IMG/VR virus record: IMGVR_UViG_3300015608_004971
Length of the DNA stretch: 64,000 nt
From: a virus
Lineage: Duplodnaviria; Caudoviricetes
Direction: 5' to 3' (one strand)
The number at the start of each line of letters is the position of its first letter. Position 1 is the stretch's first letter. This document shows, one piece after another, positions 54,371 through 62,525 of this stretch. Made by a program: the position numbers and the translations under genes. The notes beneath the pieces were generated by a model, which worked only from the letters and a program-made list of their open reading frames with translations, searched no databases and was not told where the DNA came from.

Positions 54371-54447
54371 GGACGAATGGCTCGATTGGTCAAGGCAGCG
54401 GTCCTATAAACCGTCTTATATGGGTTCAAATCCCATTTCGTCCACCA
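54371..54447 (+). tRNA. tRNA-Ile (anticodon UAU), encoded CCA
   Basis: Acceptor GGACGAA/TTCGTCC, anticodon stem GCGGT/ACCGT with loop CC-TAT-AA, T arm ATGGG-TTCAAAT-CCCAT, A73-CCA. Confidence 0.85.
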
Positions 54448-54461
54448 TATTGGAAATAAAT

Positions 54462-54842
54462 ATGATCACCTTCGATTCTCTTCTAGACGAAGTCTTCTTT
54501 CTTGCAAAAGAAAGGAATGGTGAGGTGATTGAAGCTTTTATTTCTTCTTTAAGCGATATTGAGCAAAAGCAAGAGACCAATTTTATTATTAATAATAAAA
54601 TTGATAATGAAAGACATAATTTTCTTCTTGAATTGATAGAAGATATTGTAAATGATAAAATTTTTTCATGTGTTGAAGAAGAATTTAAATATTCTGATAT
54701 AATTTTTAATATTAACATCGATCTCTTTATTAGAGTAGAAATTTATACTGTTCTAAGTAATTGTAAAAACATTACAATTAAAAATAACAAAACGATTCCA
54801 TCGGAATGTGTCATGTTTAATGCAAAAAAAAACATTATATAA
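54462..54842 (+). CDS. Hypothetical protein
   Basis: Start moved to ATG 54462, downstream of the tRNA. Confidence 0.5.
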   Translation: MITFDSLLDEVFFLAKERNGEVIEAFISSLSDIEQKQETNFIINNKIDNERHNFLLELIEDIVNDKIFSCVEEEFKYSDIIFNINIDLFIRVEIYTVLSNCKNITIKNNKTIPSECVMFNAKKNII

Positions 54843-55026
54843 TGAATTGAGATCTCTTTCTTTTTCGGAGAAAGATATAGAACATTATATGACGCAAATT
54901 CCTTCTTGGTGGACGCATATAAAGCGCAAAATCATTAATATGAACGAATGGTCATATGATAGAGATGGTTTTATGGCTGAAGCCAAATTTATTATTCTTA
55001 ATTCAAAGGAAACATCATTGATATGA
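54808..55026 (+). CDS. Hypothetical protein
   Basis: 72 aa; start uncertain. Confidence 0.4.
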   Translation: MSCLMQKKTLYNELRSLSFSEKDIEHYMTQIPSWWTHIKRKIINMNEWSYDRDGFMAEAKFIILNSKETSLI

Positions 55027-55619
55027 ATGAATTGACTTTAAAAATTATTGCCGAGCTTAAGGCATTGGCCGTCGACGGCCTTTCCATTGACATTTCGGAG
55101 AAAACAGACGGATCGGTTTCGGTTGTTTTTCACCAATCTTCGGAAGAGATCGATCTTGATCCGCCGACAGAAATTAATTGTTTTGGCTCCAAATATTGGA
55201 AGGATAAAGACGGACTGCTCCACCGCGACGGTGATTTGCCTGCCGCTATTTATGCTGATGGTAGCAAATATTATTATAAGAACGGAAATTGCCATCGCGA
55301 CGGTGATTTGCCTGCCATTGAACATGCTGATGGCACCAAATGTTATTATAAGAACGGAAATTGCCATCGCGACGGTGATTTGCCTGCCATTGAACATGCT
55401 GATGGCACCAAATGTTATTATAAGAACGGAAAATGCCATCGTGACGGCGATTTGCCAGCAATTGAATATGCTAATGGCGAAAGAGATTATTATAAAAATG
55501 GCAAGCCTCACCGCGACGGCAATAAGCCTGCGATTATCAGAAAAAATCGATATGAATATTGCCTTGATGGAAAGCTTATTTTGATTGTGAAGCATAAGAA
55601 TGGCGTTGTCGAGATTTAA
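55023..55619 (+). CDS. HRDGDLPA-repeat protein, paralog C (5 repeats)
   Basis: Same N-domain as A and B; C-terminus shared with B. Confidence 0.8.
   Translation: MNELTLKIIAELKALAVDGLSIDISEKTDGSVSVVFHQSSEEIDLDPPTEINCFGSKYWKDKDGLLHRDGDLPAAIYADGSKYYYKNGNCHRDGDLPAIEHADGTKCYYKNGNCHRDGDLPAIEHADGTKCYYKNGKCHRDGDLPAIEYANGERDYYKNGKPHRDGNKPAIIRKNRYEYCLDGKLILIVKHKNGVVEI
55221..55535 (+). repeat. Coding 72 bp tandem repeat
   Basis: Units start at 55221, 55293, 55365, 55437, 55509; units 2 and 3 differ by one base. Confidence 0.9.
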
Positions 55620-55653
55620 GCATGGTCAAAAAAGGCCCAAGCGAAGAAGAGGC

Positions 55654-55738
55654 TTGACAGCCAGCGCCAGCCGTGCTATCATGCTTCGAGCAACACAGCG
55701 GCAACGATAAAGCCGCAACAATGTAGCAAAATGCTGCG
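55654..55738 (+). promoter_or_regulatory. Early promoter/stem-loop cassette, copy 5
   Basis: Identical core; carries the GCGGC/GCCGC hairpin plus a copy-4-like hairpin. Confidence 0.88.
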
Positions 55739-55755
55739 AAGAAGAGAGAGGAACA

Positions 55756-56133
55756 ATGTCGGATTCAATTTTTTCGGATTTGAGTAAATCAGTCGCAGAA
55801 TCACTTAAGGGACGGAACGGTGAAGTTCTTGATTCTCTTAAGAAGAAAATGGTTGAAGAAGTACTTGCAAAGCGAGTTACTATTCTCTCTTGGGCCTTTT
55901 CAAGGCGAAAAGAATTAGATGGAAAGTCGCGATCCCTTCAGGAAGGTGATATTAAGCATTTTGATGCTAATGGCGTTGTTGTTTCGTCTCTGTTCTCAAA
56001 GGAACGTCTTGAGAATAAGAAGCAAGCCGAACAAGAGCTAAAGAAATTTGATGAAGCCCTCGATAAGGCTATGAATGAGGCCAATTGGGATTCTTTGGAA
56101 AAGCTTATACCAAATGGTGGCGCTAAGCAATAA
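55756..56133 (+). CDS. Helical early protein
   Basis: GAGG RBS, 125 aa. Confidence 0.65.
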   Translation: MSDSIFSDLSKSVAESLKGRNGEVLDSLKKKMVEEVLAKRVTILSWAFSRRKELDGKSRSLQEGDIKHFDANGVVVSSLFSKERLENKKQAEQELKKFDEALDKAMNEANWDSLEKLIPNGGAKQ

Positions 56134-56136
56134 AAA

Positions 56137-56165
56137 TTTATCAAACAAACGGTTTGTTTGATAAA
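56137..56165. repeat. Perfect 14 bp inverted repeat, 1 nt spacer
   Basis: TTTATCAAACAAAC-G-GTTTGTTTGATAAA. Confidence 0.85.
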
Positions 56166-56226
56166 GATAAGTTTGTAGCGGGTATTGCCGCATTTTTATC
56201 TAAAACACTTTTCAAGGTGAAATAGA

Positions 56227-57399
56227 ATGATTACTTTTGATACGTTTATTAGAATCGCTCCAGCTATTATGGAGCAGCGTTTGCCAATTCTTCTTCGTGG
56301 TCGTCACGGTATCGGCAAATCTGAAGTTGTGCGACAAATTGCAAAAAATGCTGGCTTGAATTATATTTCACGTCGTATCTCTCAAATGACAGAAGGCGAT
56401 TTGATTGGTTTGCCTATTGTTGATGGTGATTCGACAAAGTGGCTGCCACCTGATTGGTTTATGCAAGCATGTCAAAAGCCTTGCCTTCTATTTCTTGACG
56501 AAGTGGATCGTGGCTCAATCGAGGTTCGTCAAGCTGTATTTGAGCTAAACGATAGCCGTTGTCTCAATGGTTTTCATCTCCATAAGGATACTGTTGTGTT
56601 TGCCGCAGTAAATGGCGGTAAACATGGCGAAAACTATCAAGTAGGAACAATGGATCCTGCTGAACTTGATCGTTATGCCGTTTTTGATCTTGAGCCAGAC
56701 GAAGCTGATTGGCTTCGTTGGGCAAAAATGGATAATGAAGAAACTGGAAGACAGAATATTCATCCTCTGATTGTATCTTATATTGATAAGCATCACAAAT
56801 CTCTTGAACATCGCGGAGATGTTGAGCCCGGAAAAGTTTATCCTTCTCGTCGTTCTTGGAAAAGATTGAGTGATGTTGTAACTGGCGCATCCATGCTAGA
56901 TAATGGTGGAAGCAATTTGCTATCTCATGCCGCAACAGCATTTATTGGTCTGACGATTGCAACCGAATTTGCTGATTTTATTAAAAATTATAAGATCATG
57001 ATTTCGCCAGAGGATATTTTGACAGGCAAAGCTCTTAAACTTCTGGAAGCTTTGAAGAAAAAGGGCGAATCTTTGCCAGATTCTGAGCAGATGGCGACGA
57101 TGGAAAGATTCATCGACAATCTCCAGATTATGGACGACAATAATATTGATAAATATTTGGTTAATAACCAAAAAACTTTTTCCAACGTAGGAAACTTCTT
57201 TTCAACTTTCTCTTCAGAAAAAATCGTGGCCTTGATCTCAAAGGTTGCTGCTGCAACGCAAAAGAATACAAACCTCAAGAAGAAGGCGCCAGATATTCTG
57301 CAAAAGCTTCTTAATGCCGAGTTTGAAATCGTTGATGCGGCAGGAAACAAAGTGAAGTCTTCACTACAGAAGACAAATTCAAAGAATTTGAGAATTTAA
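56227..57399 (+). CDS. MoxR-like AAA+ ATPase
   Basis: 'GRHGIGKS', 'DLIGLP', 'LFLDEVDR', 'AAVN', 'DPAELDRY', 'PSRRSW'. Confidence 0.85.
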   Translation: MITFDTFIRIAPAIMEQRLPILLRGRHGIGKSEVVRQIAKNAGLNYISRRISQMTEGDLIGLPIVDGDSTKWLPPDWFMQACQKPCLLFLDEVDRGSIEVRQAVFELNDSRCLNGFHLHKDTVVFAAVNGGKHGENYQVGTMDPAELDRYAVFDLEPDEADWLRWAKMDNEETGRQNIHPLIVSYIDKHHKSLEHRGDVEPGKVYPSRRSWKRLSDVVTGASMLDNGGSNLLSHAATAFIGLTIATEFADFIKNYKIMISPEDILTGKALKLLEALKKKGESLPDSEQMATMERFIDNLQIMDDNNIDKYLVNNQKTFSNVGNFFSTFSSEKIVALISKVAAATQKNTNLKKKAPDILQKLLNAEFEIVDAAGNKVKSSLQKTNSKNLRI

Positions 57400-57518
57400 T
57401 AGTTCTCCATAAATTTCTGATCGAAATTACAGAATAAAATTGTTAATTTCAAATACAGTGTTCATGAATGATTAATAGATTCCTTTCTGCATTTGGAATT
57501 AAAATTAAATGCAGCAAA

Positions 57519-57599
57519 ATCGGCATGGTGGAATGGTAGACACAACGCACTTAAAATGCGTCGATTAATATCGTGCGAGTTCAAGTCTCGCTGCCGATA
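57519..57599 (+). tRNA. tRNA-Leu (anticodon UAA), no encoded CCA
   Basis: Acceptor ATCGGCA/TGCCGAT, anticodon arm ACGCA-CTTAAAA-TGCGT, long variable arm, T arm GCGAG-TTCAAGT-CTCGC. Confidence 0.92.
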
Positions 57600-57622
57600 C
57601 TAAAACGAAGGAAACGATTGTC

Positions 57623-57976
57623 ATGAGACAATGCCCAAAATATGAAGATTATAGACTAGAAGATCTTCTTGTAAAAGAACATAAAAAAGATACAGAGATT
57701 TTAATCAAAAAAGGCAAAGAACACCCTTTCAATCAGGGTGAAATTTCTCTCTCATTAGAGCAACTAAAAGAGATTTATTTAATAGCCGAGAAGTATCATA
57801 GAAATGATAATCAAAAGATTGAGATCCGTCTTTATAACGGAGGATTTGCTTTTAAAATTTTAAGACATACAATTTCACATGAAATGAAATATCACAAAAG
57901 ATACGATGAAATTCTCTATCAAAAAGATATTTCCGAATGGCAAAAAGAAAAAGAAGCAGAGAATGCTCTCAAATGA
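57623..57976 (+). CDS. Hypothetical protein
   Basis: 117 aa. Confidence 0.5.
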   Translation: MRQCPKYEDYRLEDLLVKEHKKDTEILIKKGKEHPFNQGEISLSLEQLKEIYLIAEKYHRNDNQKIEIRLYNGGFAFKILRHTISHEMKYHKRYDEILYQKDISEWQKEKEAENALK

Positions 57977-58146
57977 AAGACGGAATCATATTCGCTAGAG
58001 AACATATTTTAATGGAACAGATTTTATCCATTATTAGACAAAAATATAAATATGAGCTCTTTATATGGCATTATTATATAATAGTGCCATATCGTCCACT
58101 ATCATTGTTAAACGACGAATTGCCAACATCAGCAATAAAATTATGA
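57973..58146 (+). CDS. Small hypothetical protein
   Basis: ATGA overlap with upstream stop. Confidence 0.4.
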   Translation: MKDGIIFAREHILMEQILSIIRQKYKYELFIWHYYIIVPYRPLSLLNDELPTSAIKL

Positions 58147-58268
58147 GAATAGATGATAAACTTGCAGTAACAGTTTATCCAGATGGTTGTTCAAAAACTT
58201 TCAGCCATTATACTGATGCAATTAAATATTTTTTACATACTCAAGGAATAAAAACAAATGAATGTTGA
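58143..58268 (+). CDS. Small hypothetical protein
   Basis: ATGA overlap with upstream stop. Confidence 0.35.
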   Translation: MRIDDKLAVTVYPDGCSKTFSHYTDAIKYFLHTQGIKTNEC

Positions 58269-58479
58269 ATATTTTTTAGTTCTTGTCGATAAACGAATGA
58301 CAGATCACCCAAATGAAAGAAAAGGACAAGCTGCTTTTAATTTATTGTGTTTTGATATTGGTCGGGACGATCTTGCTGATTTGGTCCGCTCTACAAAATA
58401 TGATCCATTTTTTGATAATGCAAGAATGGACGATTTCATTCATTTCCTTGTTGAAAAAAACTTCCTATTTCGTCAGTAA
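58258..58479 (+). CDS. Small phage protein
   Basis: AAGGA RBS; 'RKGQAAFNLL...DPFF'. Confidence 0.6.
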   Translation: MNVEYFLVLVDKRMTDHPNERKGQAAFNLLCFDIGRDDLADLVRSTKYDPFFDNARMDDFIHFLVEKNFLFRQ

Positions 58480-58492
58480 TAGAATCTGCAAC

Positions 58493-58849
58493 ATGAATAT
58501 TATACAAAAATTATCAACACCTTATATTAGACAAGAAATTGTAAAGCGAGTAGATAAAGTTAATTATCTATCATTAGATGCTTCTAATATGAAAATTGCA
58601 CAAAATGTATCTTCTTGGAAGCGCAATTCGAAGCAAAAATTGAAAAACGCCATAAATGATTATGGTGTCTCTTCAGTCCAAGAATTTTTGGAATGTGGCG
58701 ATGAAACAGAATTGTTTTGCAAACCCAATAGTATTACAGAGAAATGTATTGTTCGTCATTTTGTAATTGCTGATTTGACTTTGGATTGTACCTGCATTAC
58801 AGACGAGACAGACCAAAATATTTTAGTTTTCATTTGGCATCAAGATTAA
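58493..58849 (+). CDS. Hypothetical protein
   Basis: Start moved to ATG 58493 to avoid overlap. Confidence 0.45.
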   Translation: MNIIQKLSTPYIRQEIVKRVDKVNYLSLDASNMKIAQNVSSWKRNSKQKLKNAINDYGVSSVQEFLECGDETELFCKPNSITEKCIVRHFVIADLTLDCTCITDETDQNILVFIWHQD

Positions 58850-58890
58850 TTAGAAATACTCACAGACATATATCGCAATGGAGTTAATTA

Positions 58891-60144
58891 ATGATTGTCA
58901 ATTGTAGAATTATGTCTATGCGCAGACATGGCAAAATTGCTTTTGCTCAATTTAAGGAATTTTCCAATCACAATAATACTGCTTCAATTACTCAAGCAGT
59001 TTTTATGAAGCAAAATCTTGAAGACTATGATTTGATTTTGTCTTCATTAAAGATTGGTTGTATAGTAACACTTAGGGGTGAAGAATATGTAACTTCTACA
59101 GGTGTTCTCTCTTTGAGCGTTGTGAAGTGCGATATAACTTACATTCCAAATGTTGGATTTCCAACAGAACATTTTGGGATTGAAAATGAAAATCTTAAAA
59201 GACGTCATAGGTTTCTAAGTTGTCTTTATAATGACAGTGTAAAGACAACTTTTTTGAAGAGATTTGAAATTATTAATAACATTAGACAATTTTTAATTTC
59301 AAATTCTTTCATTGAATTTGAAACTCCAATTATGTCTTCACATGCTTCAGGAGCTCTTGCAAAGCCTTTTGTTACACACTACAACGCATATGAAACAGAT
59401 TTTTATCTTAGAATTGCGCCAGAAACTTTTCTAAAGAGAATTTTGGCAGGTGGTTTTGATAACATTTTTGAAATTGGAAAAAACTTTCGTAATGAAGGAG
59501 TAGATCCATCTCATTTGCAAGAATTTACTGTTGTTGAATGGTATAGCGCTTTCAAAAATTATAAAGACAATCTTGAATTATTCAAGTCTATGTTAGACTT
59601 TTTGATTAAAGATAAAATTGTTACATTTGAAAATGTTCAACTTGATTTTTCTAATTGTCAAACTCTGACTTATAGAGAATGTTTTGAAAAGTATGCGCCA
59701 GATTTTGATCCATTTTGTAAAGAGAATAGTGAAAAATCTGTTGATCTTGTTTTCAAGACAAGAATTAGACCAAATATTGTACAGCCCACTTTTGTAATCG
59801 ATTATCCGTCTTTTATGTCTCCAATGGCTAAGAGATCTGATCAAGATGAAAATATTTGTGAGCAATGGCAATTTATAGTCAATGGATGGGAAATCGTTAA
59901 GTGTTACACTGAACTTGTTGATGCTACTCTTCAAAGACAGCTTCTTGAAGAGCAAATGCAACAAAAGATTAAAGCGAATAACGCAGATGATGAATTTATG
60001 GAATTAGAAGAAGACTTTCTATATACAATGGAATATGGAATTCCGCAATCCTCTGGCGTAGGCGTGGGTATCGATAGACTAGTTGCAATCTTGACGAACA
60101 ACTCATCTTTGAGAGATGTTGTATTTTTTCCTGCTGTTCTATGA
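58891..60144 (+). CDS. lysS: Class II lysyl-tRNA synthetase (compact)
   Basis: OB 'R.HGK..F', motif 1 'FIEFETP...GA.AKPF.TH', 'YLRIAPE', motif 2 'FRNEG.D.SH..EFT', motif 3 'G.GIDRL'. Confidence 0.92.
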   Translation: MIVNCRIMSMRRHGKIAFAQFKEFSNHNNTASITQAVFMKQNLEDYDLILSSLKIGCIVTLRGEEYVTSTGVLSLSVVKCDITYIPNVGFPTEHFGIENENLKRRHRFLSCLYNDSVKTTFLKRFEIINNIRQFLISNSFIEFETPIMSSHASGALAKPFVTHYNAYETDFYLRIAPETFLKRILAGGFDNIFEIGKNFRNEGVDPSHLQEFTVVEWYSAFKNYKDNLELFKSMLDFLIKDKIVTFENVQLDFSNCQTLTYRECFEKYAPDFDPFCKENSEKSVDLVFKTRIRPNIVQPTFVIDYPSFMSPMAKRSDQDENICEQWQFIVNGWEIVKCYTELVDATLQRQLLEEQMQQKIKANNADDEFMELEEDFLYTMEYGIPQSSGVGVGIDRLVAILTNNSSLRDVVFFPAVL

Positions 60145-60294
60145 TAACATGTGTATTGCGCTTTGTTCTATAGTTATAATTTAATCCTCAACAAACAAAG
60201 GAAAAACAATGAAGTAATTAGACTTTGTTGTATGACTTCAAAACAAAGAATTCAAAAAATCAGATATTTTTCAGATTAAAGAGAGTATTTTGAT

Positions 60295-60627
60295 ATGAAT
60301 ATTTTTCTTTTAAAAAGAAAGAATTTAATCAGACAAACTGAAGAAGAAAAATTAAATTTTAAAAAATTTAAATTTGTTTGTGTTTCTGTTATTGTTTATG
60401 CTGAAAATGAACAAAACGCAAGAAAAATTGCGGCAAAACCTGCACCAAAATTTGGTAAAAAGGTAAGAGTCGATAATACAATTGACAATTCTTATTCTTG
60501 GTGTTATGACACAGAAAGCAAAATTTGGTTAGATCATTTACAAACTGATTGTTTGTTAACAACAAAAATAGAGTCTAAGATTGAAAAAGTTCAAAGTAGA
60601 AATTTTATTGAAATTGGTGTTAAGTAA
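60295..60627 (+). CDS. Hypothetical protein
   Basis: 'VIVYAENEQNARKIA'. Confidence 0.5.
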   Translation: MNIFLLKRKNLIRQTEEEKLNFKKFKFVCVSVIVYAENEQNARKIAAKPAPKFGKKVRVDNTIDNSYSWCYDTESKIWLDHLQTDCLLTTKIESKIEKVQSRNFIEIGVK

Positions 60628-61316
60628 TGTATAATTTAAATGAAAAATTAAAAACTAAAGATAAAAATCTTTTTGAACGTTGGAAAAATGAAAGATTAGA
60701 TTATGTTTCTTTAGAGCCATATTTAGAATCTAAATATGCTTATAATTTTATTGTAGCATCATATAATAAAGATTATAATACTCCACCAAAAGAAATTATA
60801 ATCTTTAAAACAAAAATTTCACATATTGAAAAATTTCTTTTTTTCGAAGAAAAGCAACAAAGTCATAATCATATAGAGTGTATATATCTTGATGAAGATG
60901 ATTTCGTTGTTTCTGAATTTTGGTGGTCTGATGTTACACCGACAAATGAAGAAATTGTAGAAAAAAGCAAAAATGGTCCAGTATTTCTTCAGACAAGTGA
61001 GTGTCTTGGTCATAGTGATTATTTAGAAGATCATTATTTGACAGAATCTTCTCTAAGAAAATATATTAGAGAAAGATATCATATTCAACATGATATAAAA
61101 AAGGCTAAAAAATCTTTTGCAAAAAAGATACTTTATGGATACATAAAAGATAACATAAAACATATTCAACTTAACAACGCTATCGTTAATGTTAGTTTTA
61201 TTTTAAATAAACGTGATATTAAGAAAATAAAAAGAAAGAAACTTTTTACAAAAATGAGAATAGCGAAAGTTAGATTTAATGTGAAAATGTCACAATTAGA
61301 TAATATCGTAGTGTGA
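60627..61316 (+). CDS. Hypothetical protein, paralog of 50684
   Basis: Colinear motif sharing with 50684. Confidence 0.65.
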   Translation: MYNLNEKLKTKDKNLFERWKNERLDYVSLEPYLESKYAYNFIVASYNKDYNTPPKEIIIFKTKISHIEKFLFFEEKQQSHNHIECIYLDEDDFVVSEFWWSDVTPTNEEIVEKSKNGPVFLQTSECLGHSDYLEDHYLTESSLRKYIRERYHIQHDIKKAKKSFAKKILYGYIKDNIKHIQLNNAIVNVSFILNKRDIKKIKRKKLFTKMRIAKVRFNVKMSQLDNIVV

Positions 61317-61334
61317 ATATAATTTGGATTTTAA

Positions 61335-61571
61335 ATGAAAACGAATATTTTTGAAAAAAGTTTAATTCATCAACTAGATGAGATAAAAAATTTAATTAAT
61401 GAATTTGGTATTAATTATGTTGTAAAAAATAGATTAAGTCAAATTTTGGCTAGTATTTCTAATGTCGATACAGCAAAAATTTCTTCTGATAAAGAATTAC
61501 AGAATTTCATAATGAATGCTAGAATAAATTCTGATAAAATATTTGAAGACGTCATGCCACTTCCAGTTTAA
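61335..61571 (+). CDS. Hypothetical protein
   Basis: 78 aa. Confidence 0.45.
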   Translation: MKTNIFEKSLIHQLDEIKNLINEFGINYVVKNRLSQILASISNVDTAKISSDKELQNFIMNARINSDKIFEDVMPLPV

Positions 61572-61639
61572 TCTAATATCTAGAATTTCTTGTGTAACTT
61601 GAGATGTGATATTATATAATAATTATTATAGGAGATGTT

Positions 61640-62503
61640 ATGGGTTATCAACATATTACTAATCTTTATAAAAATAAATCAGTTTTAATGTTTAAAGAAG
61701 TTTATGCACTTGAAAAAGTTCACGGAACTAGTGCACATATTTCTTATAGACAAAATCAACTTTTCTTTTCGCCTGGTGGTGAGAAGCTAGTGAATTTTAC
61801 TAAACTTTTTGATCAAGATGAACTTTTTGAGAAGTTTAAACTTCTTGGTCATAATCATGTTGTTGTTTTTGGAGAGCTTTATGGTGGTTCTCAACAAAAG
61901 ATGAGCGCAACATATGGAAAAGATTTAAATTTCATTGCTTTTGAAGTAAAGATTGATGATGCTTGGCTAAACGTAAAAAATGCTTTTTCAGTTTCAGAAA
62001 AACTTGGAATAGAATTTGTTCCATTTGAATTAGTTGAATGCACGATTGAAAATCTAAATTTTGAACGTGATAGACCCAGCCGAGTTGCAAAACGTAGAGG
62101 AATTTTAGAAGATAAGCCTTCTGAAGGGATCGTTATCCGTCCATTGGAGGAAGTTTATTTTTCAAATGGTGATAGAGTTGTTGCCAAACACAAAACAGAA
62201 TTGTTTAGCGAACGAACATCAAAATCAGATACAATTATCAATGATGAGAAACTTACCTTGATGACTGAAGCAAAGGAAATTGCTTTAGAATGGGTAACTC
62301 CAATGAGATTGAATCATGTTCTTGATAAATTACCAAAAGACATTCAAATGAAAGATGTGCGTGAAGTTATTCTTGCTATGCAAGAAGATGTCACAAGAGA
62401 AGCTGCTGGTGAAATTGTTATTAACAAAAATGTTCTTTCTGAAATTGGAAAATTGACAGTAGAACTTTTTAAGAAGTTACGTCTTGATAAAAAAGTTAAT
62501 TAA
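61640..62503 (+). CDS. RNA ligase (Rnl2-like)
   Basis: 'EKVHGTS', 'FGELYG', 'FIAFEV', 'EGIVIRP', 'AKHK..F.E', 'VT.MRL..V'. Confidence 0.85.
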   Translation: MGYQHITNLYKNKSVLMFKEVYALEKVHGTSAHISYRQNQLFFSPGGEKLVNFTKLFDQDELFEKFKLLGHNHVVVFGELYGGSQQKMSATYGKDLNFIAFEVKIDDAWLNVKNAFSVSEKLGIEFVPFELVECTIENLNFERDRPSRVAKRRGILEDKPSEGIVIRPLEEVYFSNGDRVVAKHKTELFSERTSKSDTIINDEKLTLMTEAKEIALEWVTPMRLNHVLDKLPKDIQMKDVREVILAMQEDVTREAAGEIVINKNVLSEIGKLTVELFKKLRLDKKVN

Positions 62504-62525
62504 TAATAAATAATTATGTTGTAAA

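Noticed and set aside
54400-54412. Amber suppressor (CUA) reading of the tRNA
   Set aside because: Stem geometry centres the loop on UAU; genes end normally at TAG, no sign of recoding
55038-55595. Alternative-frame ORFs over the repeat proteins
   Set aside because: Open only because the 72 bp unit lacks stops in those frames
42677-55619. Diversity-generating retroelement
   Set aside because: No reverse transcriptase in the window; differences between copies are not adenine-restricted; all copies are coding
42591-55687. CRISPR array
   Set aside because: Copies are kilobases apart except one pair, match a -35/-10 promoter, and no cas gene is visible
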